Of a DNA stretch of 64,000 nucleotides, positions 36,825 to 46,667 are shown piece after piece. The position numbers and the translations under genes are program-made. Origin of the DNA: Candidatus Hydrogenedens sp. GTDB taxonomy: Bacteria > Hydrogenedentota > Hydrogenedentia > Hydrogenedentales > CAITNO01. The notes below the pieces were generated by a model, which ran no database searches, was not told the origin of the DNA, and was given only the letters and a program-made list of their open reading frames with translations. The stretch lies in NCBI GenBank assembly GCA_012522755.1, contig JAAYJV010000113.1, forward strand, positions 14,517-78,516. Direction: 5' to 3'. Each line of letters opens with the position of its first letter. The first letter of the stretch is position 1.

Positions 36825-39800
36825 TTACTCGACCATGGAAATGATTTTTACAGCCTGGGTGAGTTCCTGGCCTGTAAGCAGATTCCGGGCTCGGATGAGG
36901 TATTGGCCGGGCATCTGATTCAATGCCAGGGGGAAAAAAGTTTCCGCCAAAGCTTTTTCCAGGACAACGAGCTGCCGATAGCAGGGGATGGCTTTCTGAT
37001 CCGGGCCGAGGAGATCCAGAAGCAACAGGCTTTTCCCTGCATTTTCTTTTGCTGTCTCGTCTTTGATCTGAACAGTGAGACGCTGTCCTCCCATGGCTTT
37101 ATCGGTGGCGAAGATCTTGAAGCCTTTCAGATCTTCGGGGAGCCACACGACAGCGACGCTTTCGCCTCCTTCCATACGTCTCCGGGGCCGGTGAGGCTGC
37201 AAGAGCCGCATTCCTTCCAAAGGAAGATAAACCACGTCTTTCTTATGGAAGGACAGGGGAAAAGACTGTCTGGATGCCTCAGGATCAGCAAGAATCAGAA
37301 AGATCTTTGCTCTTCCATAATGAAAGACATGGATCATTCCCTGAAAATCCGGATCCACTTTTTCAGGCCCTTCATGGGGAGCACCCTCATTGCCGATAAA
37401 GTCCCTGAGCATGGTCATTTCAGCAGATGTGTCCGGCGTCAGGCTGCGGAAAGGATGATTCAAGAGCAGGGTATTCCCATCCTCCCAGCGACTCACAAGC
37501 CACAGGGGGATATCGGCTGCTCTGGCCAGGGGCACGGCACGTTCGGGAACCACAGAGGCATCAACTTCCACCATCCCGGATTCAAGAGAAGCCCGGCCTT
37601 GTACGTTTTCCGGTATGACGAGCAGTCCTGTGTTCAGATCGACAGTTGAATGCTTTTCCAGCCCGAAAAGAACGCTGAAAGGATTCTCTTCTCTTTTTTT
37701 GCCGAAGCCGTTGAACAGACCCGGCATGACATCGGCTACCAGAGAGCCTCCCCGGGCAACAAAGGAAAAGAGCTGCTCCACTTCCTCATCATCGAGAACC
37801 AGACAGAAGGGAAGAATCAACACGCGAAAGGAAGTCTCCGGCGGCCGGCCTAAAGCTTCCCGGTCAATAAATGTGAAGGGGAGGTTGTTCTTTCGCAGAG
37901 CAGCAACCAAAGCCCTCTGCGAGTCCAGAAGATCAGCCGAATACGCTCTTGAGGATTTGGAGAGATGGCGGGATCCATGACTGTCATAAATGGCGATGGA
38001 AGACCTTTCCTTTTCAGCGGACAGAATCAGAGGAGCCAGCCCCTCCTGTATTTTATCCAGGGACTGGCTCAGTGTTTGCAAGGCCCGGGAGCTCTGCCCC
38101 TGGCTGTCCAGCCAGCTCCGACTCAGCGGCTTATCAACAGAAGCTCGGCTTTGATCCAGCCACAAAACGGGAATCTGCCGTGCCAGTGCCAGCCAGGGTG
38201 CCTGTTGCAGAAAGGTGGGGGACTCGTGTGGATCCGGCGAATACAAAACCAACCCGTTCCATTGGGAGGCTTTGGTATAAGAAGCCAGCTTTTCCAGTAT
38301 GAGAGGCTCATAATCCACGATGGTGAAATCCAACGCGGCACACAGAGAGGGCCAGTAATAGCCCCGGGAAAGATTGTCATCTTTATGGAAACGGGCTCCC
38401 ACCGATGCGGAACCATCAACAGCCCGGACGACCTCACGAAGCCATTGGTGAAAGGCTGAGAAATTATTGTCCATGAAAGAGCGGAAGGCTCTGTGAGCAG
38501 CCAGAGAAGAGGAAGGCATGTCCTGTGAAAGACTCAGATGGTCAATCTGTTCCCAATCGCTGAAATTTGTATTCCACTGGCTGTTCAAAAACTCCAGTTC
38601 TTCATAGTTCTGCTGCAAGCTTGTATGCCAGGATTCCAGACAATAGCCACAATGACAGACCTCCTCTTCCGTTGCACAAAGAAGGTTGCCATTGCCCAGG
38701 GAATACCGGGCCCGACTTCCGGCCCAGAAACGGATTGTTTTGGTTTTCAGGCTCTCTTCCAGTGTGAGCCGATAGGAAGGGTCGTTGAGGCAGGGTATAC
38801 GGTATTTTCCATCCAAAGCCTTTTCCACAGTGATACGCTCCAGTTCAGGGAGGAGCTCCAGTCCTCTCTCTGAAATACGTATCAGAGCCGCTTCACTGGC
38901 CGGAGCGTGAATACTCAGAACCCCAGCTTCCGCCAGCTGTTCCAGATTTTCCAGATCAGCGTATTCCGCCGGAGCATCCATAAAAGCACCCAAGGTCATC
39001 TGTGGACAGGAAGGGCGCTGACGCACGCTCAGATAACGTACTTCTCTGAAAGCGGAATGCAGTTCCGTTTCTGAAAAACTGCGAGGGCTTCCTTCCAGTG
39101 CGTACACCTCAAGACGGATCAGGGGAGATAGGAGGTCTGTAAAATGCAGGCGGGTGCTGACGGGACCTCCTTCGCTGCGTACAGCTGCGGTACTCTGGGC
39201 GACTACCCGTTGAAAACCATCAGTGGCTCGCACATGAAGACAGGCCTCACGGGACTGGTTGGCATAGGGCCGGATCCGGGCTGTGACATCCAGAGAGTCA
39301 TTGGGCATGAGCCATTGTTTTTCCAGTTCAAGCTGATAAAAATCGGGCCAGCCCGGAAGCTGCACCAGGGTGGTGAACCAGTCCACCACACCACGGCGGT
39401 CTTTCAACCACAGATCGAGGAGACAGGGTCCCGGACCGGCGGGAATCTCCATCATATGCGTATCCGATCCTTTGGAAAAAGCGGATCTGTCCTCATAGGT
39501 AATGCGTGTGTCGCTTTCGGGCCGTCTCAGTTGCAATTCCACCGTATATCTTTTGTCAGCCGCTTCATTGAGACGTATGGCAAAGGGTCGTGAGGGCTGT
39601 GCTACAGCAGAATCTTTCATGGCCTGAACAAATTCCGGAAAAAAATCAGGCGGTATTTCATCCTCATGAGGCCCTGAAGGTGCACCATCTTCCACGCTCA
39701 GGATCCTGATTTCAGGACGTCGCCCCGCAGCGGCACAGATGACTCTGGCAACGAGAGACCAGGCATTTTCCCGCCAGCTGTCTTCCAGATCATAGGGATC

Positions 39801-40490
39801 TGTGGGGGATTGGATCAGACAGCTTCGCCCGGGAAAATCGCCGGGATAATCCAGACAGAGGATCATCCCCTTTTCGTGGGTATATCCCCGGATGATCTGA
39901 CGGGCTTCCAGACCTCCGGGAAAAGCGCATTCACTCACTCCACGCCATACAAATTCCAGATCTTCCACAGGCTGAAGGGTCTCAAAAAGCACGGATAAAG
40001 GGGAGTCGGCTGGAGAACGGTCAAAGGCGACAACGAGCCCCGTACCCCGGGCCGTTTTCTCCAGAAGGAGGGAGAGGATCTTTTCGGGCAAAACAGCAAT
40101 ATTGAAGTTCGCAAGAATCACCACATCAAAAGACTGGCGGAGCTCTTTTTCCAGTCGGGCATAGACTTCCGCCTCCGTGTCGACTCCGGCCAGATCGCCA
40201 TGAACAAGAGGATCGTAGCCGGCATGTTCCGCATCCCACAAAGGAACGGTGCGACACTCAACATCAAGACGCTGGCTCAGCTCAGCTGCGTCCTGAAGAC
40301 CGTCACGGGGGGCGACCAGCAGTATTTTGACGGGCCCTCCGGCCAGTGTCTTTCCCCAGGCCAGAGCCTGGCCCGCCGGTGGGGTTGCTGATTTTTTGGC
40401 AAAAGAAGACTGGGCATGCAGTGGCAAAACCAGAGCACAAAGGAAAAATAGAAGCAGATAAAAAAGAACACTCTCTTTACGCACAATCAC
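36825..40490 (-). CDS. Large secreted protein with a GH42-like beta-galactosidase-type region
   Basis: 1221 aa with a signal peptide. The mid-region …LLCATEEEVCHCGYCLESWHTSLQQNYEELEFLNSQWNTNFSDWEQI resembles the GH42 Zn-site CxCxxC and the LNxAWGTAFWSQ motif. The N-terminus resembles a class I glutamine amidotransferase-like (ThuA-type) domain. Confidence 0.5.
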   Translation of the reverse strand: MIVRKESVLFYLLLFFLCALVLPLHAQSSFAKKSATPPAGQALAWGKTLAGGPVKILLVAPRDGLQDAAELSQRLDVECRTVPLWDAEHAGYDPLVHGDLAGVDTEAEVYARLEKELRQSFDVVILANFNIAVLPEKILSLLLEKTARGTGLVVAFDRSPADSPLSVLFETLQPVEDLEFVWRGVSECAFPGGLEARQIIRGYTHEKGMILCLDYPGDFPGRSCLIQSPTDPYDLEDSWRENAWSLVARVICAAAGRRPEIRILSVEDGAPSGPHEDEIPPDFFPEFVQAMKDSAVAQPSRPFAIRLNEAADKRYTVELQLRRPESDTRITYEDRSAFSKGSDTHMMEIPAGPGPCLLDLWLKDRRGVVDWFTTLVQLPGWPDFYQLELEKQWLMPNDSLDVTARIRPYANQSREACLHVRATDGFQRVVAQSTAAVRSEGGPVSTRLHFTDLLSPLIRLEVYALEGSPRSFSETELHSAFREVRYLSVRQRPSCPQMTLGAFMDAPAEYADLENLEQLAEAGVLSIHAPASEAALIRISERGLELLPELERITVEKALDGKYRIPCLNDPSYRLTLEESLKTKTIRFWAGSRARYSLGNGNLLCATEEEVCHCGYCLESWHTSLQQNYEELEFLNSQWNTNFSDWEQIDHLSLSQDMPSSSLAAHRAFRSFMDNNFSAFHQWLREVVRAVDGSASVGARFHKDDNLSRGYYWPSLCAALDFTIVDYEPLILEKLASYTKASQWNGLVLYSPDPHESPTFLQQAPWLALARQIPVLWLDQSRASVDKPLSRSWLDSQGQSSRALQTLSQSLDKIQEGLAPLILSAEKERSSIAIYDSHGSRHLSKSSRAYSADLLDSQRALVAALRKNNLPFTFIDREALGRPPETSFRVLILPFCLVLDDEEVEQLFSFVARGGSLVADVMPGLFNGFGKKREENPFSVLFGLEKHSTVDLNTGLLVIPENVQGRASLESGMVEVDASVVPERAVPLARAADIPLWLVSRWEDGNTLLLNHPFRSLTPDTSAEMTMLRDFIGNEGAPHEGPEKVDPDFQGMIHVFHYGRAKIFLILADPEASRQSFPLSFHKKDVVYLPLEGMRLLQPHRPRRRMEGGESVAVVWLPEDLKGFKIFATDKAMGGQRLTVQIKDETAKENAGKSLLLLDLLGPDQKAIPCYRQLVVLEKALAETFFPLALNQMPGQYLIRARNLLTGQELTQAVKIISMVE

Positions 40491-40570
40491 GCTGACTCAG
40501 CTTACACTCCACCTTCTTATCCCGTCCCGCCAGGATGGGGCCTGGTAAAAAATCGGTGCGAAAATATCCA

Positions 40571-41908
40571 TTAACTGTCGAGAGACCATCCGGCCCGGTA
40601 TTGACGGGTAAGAAGGGCATTCATGGCCGGATTATCGGTGATCACTTCCTTTTCAGGATCCCATTGGAAAGCAACTTGCAGGGTACAGGCCAGTTTACCC
40701 AGATGACCTACCGATGCGGAACGATGACCTGAATGAACAGGGGCGATACACTCTTCGCGACTTTCCACGCATTGCAGAAAATCGGTCATGTGGTTCATCA
40801 CTTTCCGGAATCGAAAATCCTTGTCAGTGAATTTTGTTTTCAACAGAGCGGGATCACTCGCTTTGATGCCGCTTCGGTCCACATAGAGCCACTGATCATT
40901 TTCGCCGAAGAACATGGTGCCCAGGTCGCCGCATGCTTTGAATACATCGGGCATTTTGTCGGCACTGGCAATGGTCATGGCTGTCCCGTCGGCATAACTG
41001 CAATCAAACTGATAGTTTTGCGGTGCGTTATAAAGGTTGTTCCGTTCCGGGCTCATTTCCCAGGAAACCCCTTTCACTGATACAGGCCCTGTATGATCCC
41101 AATCCATGGCCATATGGGCAATATCACCATGATGACCGATCCAGTCCATCATCTGACTTCCGCCGAAGCCCATCCACCAGCGCCAATCCCAGTGACAGCG
41201 CTTTTCATGGTAGGGCGTCCACTCGGCGGGGCCAACATAAAATTCCCAGTCGAGCTCGTCGGGCGCTGCGGGAAATTCATCCACCCAGAGAGCATGGCCG
41301 CCATTGGGCAGGGCCACAAGAATTTGGTTGATTTTGCCGAGATAACCGTTGCGGATAAGTTCGCAGGCAAGTTTGAAATCTCGACCGGAACGCTGCATGC
41401 TTCCCGTTTGAAAAACACGCTCATGCTCCTGAACGGTTTTTACAACGGCTTTGCCTTCGCCCAGAGACCAGGTAAGAGGTTTTTCGCAGTAAATATCCTT
41501 GCCTTTACGGGCGGCCTCCACACAAATCAGGGCATGCCAGTGATCTGGCGTTGCTACAATAACGGCATCAATATCCTCACGATCCAGCACTTCCCTGTAA
41601 TCCGAATAGGCGGTACAGCCCTCATCATCGTAATAATGATCCACCTTTGTCTTGGCCACCCCGAGACGGGTGCGATCCACATCGCATACAGCCACAATTC
41701 GGGTATTCTTATGTTTTATGGCATTTTCCGTGAGTCCGTTGGCCTGTCCGCCTGAGCCGATGACCCCGATATTTATCTTATTGTTTGCAGAGCGGCGTCC
41801 GGGAGCGGAAAAAACTGTGGATGGTATAATAGTCGGAACCGCCAGGGCAAGTCCGGCACTGTGCAGAAAGCTACGACGGGAAAGATCTGGGTTCTTTGAC
41901 TTTTTCAC
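40571..41908 (-). CDS. Gfo/Idh/MocA family oxidoreductase (Tat-exported)
   Basis: Twin-arginine leader (SRRSFLHSAGLALA), Rossmann motif IGVIGSGGQA, and the EKPLT motif. Confidence 0.85.
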   Translation of the reverse strand: MKKSKNPDLSRRSFLHSAGLALAVPTIIPSTVFSAPGRRSANNKINIGVIGSGGQANGLTENAIKHKNTRIVAVCDVDRTRLGVAKTKVDHYYDDEGCTAYSDYREVLDREDIDAVIVATPDHWHALICVEAARKGKDIYCEKPLTWSLGEGKAVVKTVQEHERVFQTGSMQRSGRDFKLACELIRNGYLGKINQILVALPNGGHALWVDEFPAAPDELDWEFYVGPAEWTPYHEKRCHWDWRWWMGFGGSQMMDWIGHHGDIAHMAMDWDHTGPVSVKGVSWEMSPERNNLYNAPQNYQFDCSYADGTAMTIASADKMPDVFKACGDLGTMFFGENDQWLYVDRSGIKASDPALLKTKFTDKDFRFRKVMNHMTDFLQCVESREECIAPVHSGHRSASVGHLGKLACTLQVAFQWDPEKEVITDNPAMNALLTRQYRAGWSLDS

Positions 41909-42238
41909 GGGAGTTTATCCTTTTTTCTGTATGTTTTGCGGTGCTTTCAGTGTTTTGTACCGTCTACAGGCCCAGGCAATGCGACACTGAAAGCCTGCAG
42001 GGCATTTTTCATGGAATACTCTTGTTGCAGTATGAAACATGATCCATGTTATTGTCAAATTGCTTTCATCGGACAGGCCCGTTGTGGTATATAATCAGAG
42101 GAAGCAATTCTTGTGATGGTGGCAGCGGAAGAGCCCGAAGCGTTTCATGTGGTTATTTCTGACTTGCCGCATTCTTCAGCCTTTACCGGAAACCACCGGC
42201 GTTTTGACACCGGTAACAATGCAAAGAAAGACTTTCTT

Positions 42239-43426
42239 ATGAGTAAATTGTCAACCTCTCATGTCTTCACCTCCGAATCCGTCTCTGAGGGCCATCCTGA
42301 TAAGGTTTGCGACCAGATTTCCGATGCCATTCTGGATGCCTGTCTTGCCGTTGATGACAACAGCCATGTGGGTTGTGAGACGCTCGTGGCCACCGATTTT
42401 GTTGTCAACGCCGGAGAGATCAGCTGTGAAGGCTGGGCTGAAATCAATCCTGAAGCGCTTGCCCGAGAGGTAGTGAAGGATATCGGCTACGTTCATGAGG
42501 ATATCGGTTTCTGTTATAAAAGCTTTGAATATTCCAACCATCTGCACCGCCAGTCTGCTGATATCGCCATGGGTGTGAACACGGACGAAGCGACTCAGAA
42601 AGAACAGGGAGCGGGAGACCAGGGAATGATGTTCGGTTATGCCTGTGACGACACGCCGCAGCTCATGCCCGCACCTCTTCAGTACAGCCACGATCTGCTC
42701 ATTGAGCTGGCGCGAATCCGCAAGGCCGGAGAAATCTCCTATCTGCGTCCCGACTCCAAATCGCAGGTTTCCATCCTTTACGAAAACGGCAAGCCGTCGA
42801 AAATAACGACAGTCGTCATCTCTCATCAGACGGAAGACCTTCCTCTTGAACAGATTCGCAAAGACATGATTGAAGTGGCACAAAAGGTACTCGCACCCAC
42901 AGGGCTGCTCACCGGTGACACGACATATCATGTCAATCCCACGGGCCGCTTTGTCATTGGCGGTCCTCATGGCGATTCCGGACTCACAGGCCGCAAAATC
43001 ATTGTGGACAGTTACGGTGGTGTCGGTTCCCATGGAGGCGGTGCTTTCTCCGGTAAAGATCCGACAAAAGTGGATCGCAGTGCCGCCTATTACAGCCGTT
43101 ATGCCGCAAAAAATATCGTGGCGGCCGGTCTTGCCCGCAAATGCGAAATCCAGGTCGCTTATGCCATTGGCGTGGCCCAGCCCATGAGCATCAATGTATG
43201 CACCTATGGCACAGGTACGGTGGACGATGCAAAGCTTCAGCAGGTACTGGAAGAATCCGGGCTCTTTGATTTCCGTCCCGCCCAGATCATGGCGGAACTG
43301 AATCTGGCCACACCTCAGGGTTGGTGCTATCGTGATACCTCCAATTACGGTCATTTCGGCCGGGATCTCTTCCCCTGGGAAAAAACGGATAAAGCCGATG
43401 CCCTGCGTCAGGCTGTCGGTCAATAA
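42239..43426 (+). CDS. metK: S-adenosylmethionine synthetase
   Basis: …FTSESVSEGHPDKVCDQISDAILDA…, …GGGAFSGKDPTKVDRSAAY…: MetK signature motifs. Confidence 0.9.
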   Translation: MSKLSTSHVFTSESVSEGHPDKVCDQISDAILDACLAVDDNSHVGCETLVATDFVVNAGEISCEGWAEINPEALAREVVKDIGYVHEDIGFCYKSFEYSNHLHRQSADIAMGVNTDEATQKEQGAGDQGMMFGYACDDTPQLMPAPLQYSHDLLIELARIRKAGEISYLRPDSKSQVSILYENGKPSKITTVVISHQTEDLPLEQIRKDMIEVAQKVLAPTGLLTGDTTYHVNPTGRFVIGGPHGDSGLTGRKIIVDSYGGVGSHGGGAFSGKDPTKVDRSAAYYSRYAAKNIVAAGLARKCEIQVAYAIGVAQPMSINVCTYGTGTVDDAKLQQVLEESGLFDFRPAQIMAELNLATPQGWCYRDTSNYGHFGRDLFPWEKTDKADALRQAVGQ

Positions 43427-44430
43427 TGGCCATGACAGATCATTCCCGTATTCTCGGCGTGGGCTCGCCACTTATGGACATTCTCGCCCCCGTACCGGAG
43501 AGCTTTCTTGAGGGCATTTCCGGTGCCAAGGGCGGGATGCAATGGCTCGAGCCAGAAGAAATGGCTGCACTGATTCCGCAGCTGCCTGAAGAGCCTCACC
43601 GTGCCCCGGGCGGCAGTGCGGCCAATACAGTATGTGTTCTGGCACAGCTCGGATGGCCTGTAGCTCTTCTGGGTAAAATGGGCCGGGACGCCGATGGTGA
43701 AGCTTATAAAAAAGCTTTTGTCGCTCTGGGCGGCGTGGAAGACAGCTTCAAATATGATGCAACCCGGCATACGGGCCGCTGTCTGAGTCTGATTACGCCT
43801 GATGGCGAACGTACCATGCGAACCGATCTCGGTGCGGCCATGTTCATGGAAAAGGAAGATCTTCTTCCTGAAGACTTTGAGCCTTGCAACCATGTCCATA
43901 TTGAAGGATACGGCCTTTTCAACCGTGATTACTTTCACTTTCTTTTGAAAAGTGCCAAAGAGGCCGGATGCACAGTCAGCATCGATATGGCCTCTTTTGA
44001 AGTGGTTCGGGACAGCCTGGACATATTGCCGGAGCTGCTGACAGACTATGTGGATATGGTTTTTGCGAACGAAGAAGAGGCCGAAGCCTTTTCCGGCAAT
44101 GCTGATCCGGAAGCAGGACTGAAAGCTCTGGCCGCCTGTTCACCTGTTGTTGCGGTCAAGCTCGGTGCCGAAGGTGCCCTGCTGCATGCTCAGGGGGAGC
44201 AATGCCGTGTGGATGCCGTACCCGTCGCTCAACTTGTGGATACCACGGGAGCCGGGGACTGCTGGGCCGCCGGTTTCCTTCACGGATATTTGAAGGGATG
44301 GCCGCTGGAAAACTGTGGTCGCTTTGCATCTCTGGTGGGCGCGGAAACAGTCCGTTGCCTGGGTGCTTCCCCCGGTGCTGAAGGGTGGGAACGCATCAGA
44401 GCACTGGAAAGCGAATTGAACAAACAATAA
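43426..44430 (+). CDS. PfkB-family carbohydrate/nucleoside kinase (probable adenosine kinase)
   Basis: …PGGSAANTV… and the C-terminal DTTGAGDCWAAGF PfkB motif. The start overlaps the metK stop (TAATG). Confidence 0.8.
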   Translation: MAMTDHSRILGVGSPLMDILAPVPESFLEGISGAKGGMQWLEPEEMAALIPQLPEEPHRAPGGSAANTVCVLAQLGWPVALLGKMGRDADGEAYKKAFVALGGVEDSFKYDATRHTGRCLSLITPDGERTMRTDLGAAMFMEKEDLLPEDFEPCNHVHIEGYGLFNRDYFHFLLKSAKEAGCTVSIDMASFEVVRDSLDILPELLTDYVDMVFANEEEAEAFSGNADPEAGLKALAACSPVVAVKLGAEGALLHAQGEQCRVDAVPVAQLVDTTGAGDCWAAGFLHGYLKGWPLENCGRFASLVGAETVRCLGASPGAEGWERIRALESELNKQ

Positions 44431-44494
44431 TAGTCAACTGTTGCTTCAGGCCCCATGTCGGCGAAGCACGACCAAATAACGGGAGATATCGAAG

Positions 44495-45139
44495 ATGTAT
44501 GTAGGAAGAATTGTAAGTGTTGCAAAAACCACGGACGGCCGACTCTGTGCCGCTTATCGTGTTTCCAGCCGTTCCTTTCCAAACCGCAGCGCTGTCCCGG
44601 GCGATGGAAAAGTGAGCATCGTCCCCAAGCCCGGCCACGAAAGCGATATTTTTAAAAATCCCTATATCGCCTATAATTGCGTGCGTATTGTCTGTGAAGG
44701 CAATGTGGCTGTAGTCACCAACGGCGGACAGACTGATTTCATTGCGGAAAAAATGGAAGGGGGCATGTCCGCCCGGGACGCCCTTATTCTGACTTCTTTT
44801 GCCATGGACTATGAAAAAGACGATTACAACACGCCCCGTGTCAGTGCTGTTGTGGATCGCAGAACTGATGAGGGCTGGCTGGCTGTGGTGCGCCACGACG
44901 GCTTGCAAGTGGAAAGAATCCCTCTGGAAAACGGCCGACTCTGGCATCTGGCAACCTATGAAGAAAATTCCGTCTGTCTTCAGCGCAGTGATATCTTCCC
45001 GGCACTCACAGCGGAGGAGGCCTGTGCGCACATGTTGGGCGGCGGTGTCTTTGCGGGCCGCACCAATCCCGTCACGGCTGTTGCCGCTCTCGCCGACGAG
45101 AAGGGATTTTCTCTGGCTGTGCAGGATGCCCAGTCTTAA
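44495..45139 (+). CDS. purO: IMP cyclohydrolase, archaeal-type (PurO family)
   Basis: MYVGRIVSVAKTTDGRLCAAYRVSSRSFPNR is the PurO hallmark (YRVSSRSFPNR), and the length is about 210 aa. Confidence 0.7.
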   Translation: MYVGRIVSVAKTTDGRLCAAYRVSSRSFPNRSAVPGDGKVSIVPKPGHESDIFKNPYIAYNCVRIVCEGNVAVVTNGGQTDFIAEKMEGGMSARDALILTSFAMDYEKDDYNTPRVSAVVDRRTDEGWLAVVRHDGLQVERIPLENGRLWHLATYEENSVCLQRSDIFPALTAEEACAHMLGGGVFAGRTNPVTAVAALADEKGFSLAVQDAQS

Positions 45140-45226
45140 GCCCTGTAATCTGAATTCTAAGCTTATATTCATGAAAGGCACGGAGCTTTATTCCGTGCCA
45201 GCCGGAATTTTTGAAGGAATTGTCTC

Positions 45227-46657
45227 ATGAGCGATTTTTATGTCTCTCCTCTCGTACAACGTTTTGCCACGGATCCCATGAAACGCCTCTGGAGCGCCCA
45301 GAAAAAGTTTTCCACTTGGCGCCGCTGCTGGATCGCTCTGGCTGAGGCGGAGCAGGAACTGGGGCTGGATATTACTGATGCGCAGATAGAAGAGATGCGT
45401 GCTCAGGTCGATAACATCGACTTTGTTCAGGCCGCCGCTTATGAGAAAGAAACCCGCCATGATGTGATGGCCCATATCCACGCCTTTGGTGATGTGGCGC
45501 CCCAGGCCAGGGCCATCATCCATCTGGGTGCCACCAGTTGTTTCGTCGGCGACAATACAGATCTGATTCTGATTCGGGAAGGTCTGGAATTGATCCTGGC
45601 CAAGGCCGCCGGTGTCCTGAATCGTTTGAAAGCCTTTGCCTGGGAATATCGCCATCTGCCCACCCTGGGCTTCACACATTACCAGCCTGCACAGCTCGTT
45701 ACTGTTGGCAAACGTGCCTGTCTCTGGGCTCAGGATCTGCTTCTGGATTGTCTGCAGTTGGAAAGCCTTCTTGCATCCATGCGCTGCCGTGGCGTGAAAG
45801 GCGCCACAGGTACACAGGCCTCTTTTCAGGCTCTTTTTCAGGGCGATACGGAAAAAATCAAAGCTCTCGATCAGCTGGTTGCAAAAAAACTGGGTTTCGA
45901 AAGCTCTTTCATCATTGCCAGCCAGACCTATACCCGTAAAATAGATACGCAGGTGCTCAATGTTCTCGCCGGAATTGGTGAATCAGCCCATAAATTCGGT
46001 ACGGACATGCGGCTCCTTCAGAACCTGAAGGAAGTGGAGGAGCCTTTCGAGCGTTCCCAAGTGGGCAGTTCAGCCATGCCATATAAACGCAATCCCATGC
46101 GCAGCGAGCGGATCTGCGCTTTGTCCCGCTTTCTGATGACCACGCCGCTGCACAGCTCCTTTACCACAGCCACCCAATGGTTTGAGCGGACTCTGGACGA
46201 CTCCGCCATTCGTCGCTTGAGCCTGCCTGAGGCTTTTCTGGCTGCTGATGCCATTTTGAACCTCTATCTGAATGTGATGGAAGCCCCCAGAGTCTATCCG
46301 AAAGTCATTGAAAAACGGATCTGGAGCGAACTTCCCTTCATGGCTTCAGAGAATATTCTCATGGCCTGTGTTCAGAAAGGGGGAGACCGCCAGCATCTGC
46401 ACGAGATTATCCGGCAACATGCACAGGAAGCCGGGCGCATGGTCAAAGAAGAAGGGGCGGACAATGATCTGCTGGATCGTCTTGCCGCTGATCCCGAAAT
46501 CAATATGACCAGAGAAGAGATGAACGAGCTGCTGCAGTTGGAAGCCTTTGTAGGCCGTGCTCCTGCACAGGTGGAAGAGTTCATCACCGGGGAAGTGGAT
46601 CCTTTCCTGGCCCGTCATGCTCAGGGACTGGACACCAGATCAGACGTCCATATCTGA
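45227..46657 (+). CDS. purB: Adenylosuccinate lyase
   Basis: …GATSCFVGDNTD…, GTDMRLLQN, and the fumarate-lyase signature SSAMPYKRNPMRSE. Confidence 0.9.
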   Translation: MSDFYVSPLVQRFATDPMKRLWSAQKKFSTWRRCWIALAEAEQELGLDITDAQIEEMRAQVDNIDFVQAAAYEKETRHDVMAHIHAFGDVAPQARAIIHLGATSCFVGDNTDLILIREGLELILAKAAGVLNRLKAFAWEYRHLPTLGFTHYQPAQLVTVGKRACLWAQDLLLDCLQLESLLASMRCRGVKGATGTQASFQALFQGDTEKIKALDQLVAKKLGFESSFIIASQTYTRKIDTQVLNVLAGIGESAHKFGTDMRLLQNLKEVEEPFERSQVGSSAMPYKRNPMRSERICALSRFLMTTPLHSSFTTATQWFERTLDDSAIRRLSLPEAFLAADAILNLYLNVMEAPRVYPKVIEKRIWSELPFMASENILMACVQKGGDRQHLHEIIRQHAQEAGRMVKEEGADNDLLDRLAADPEINMTREEMNELLQLEAFVGRAPAQVEEFITGEVDPFLARHAQGLDTRSDVHI

Positions 46658-46667
46658 GGGGGACTGT

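Noticed and set aside
41093-41755. 220-aa plus-strand ORF and other >100-aa shadow ORFs inside well-supported genes (for example 8970..9896, 44396..45181, 46557..47210, 48638..49132, 36801..37649)
   Set aside because: Each overlaps, on the opposite strand, a gene with clear family signatures. No independent support was found.
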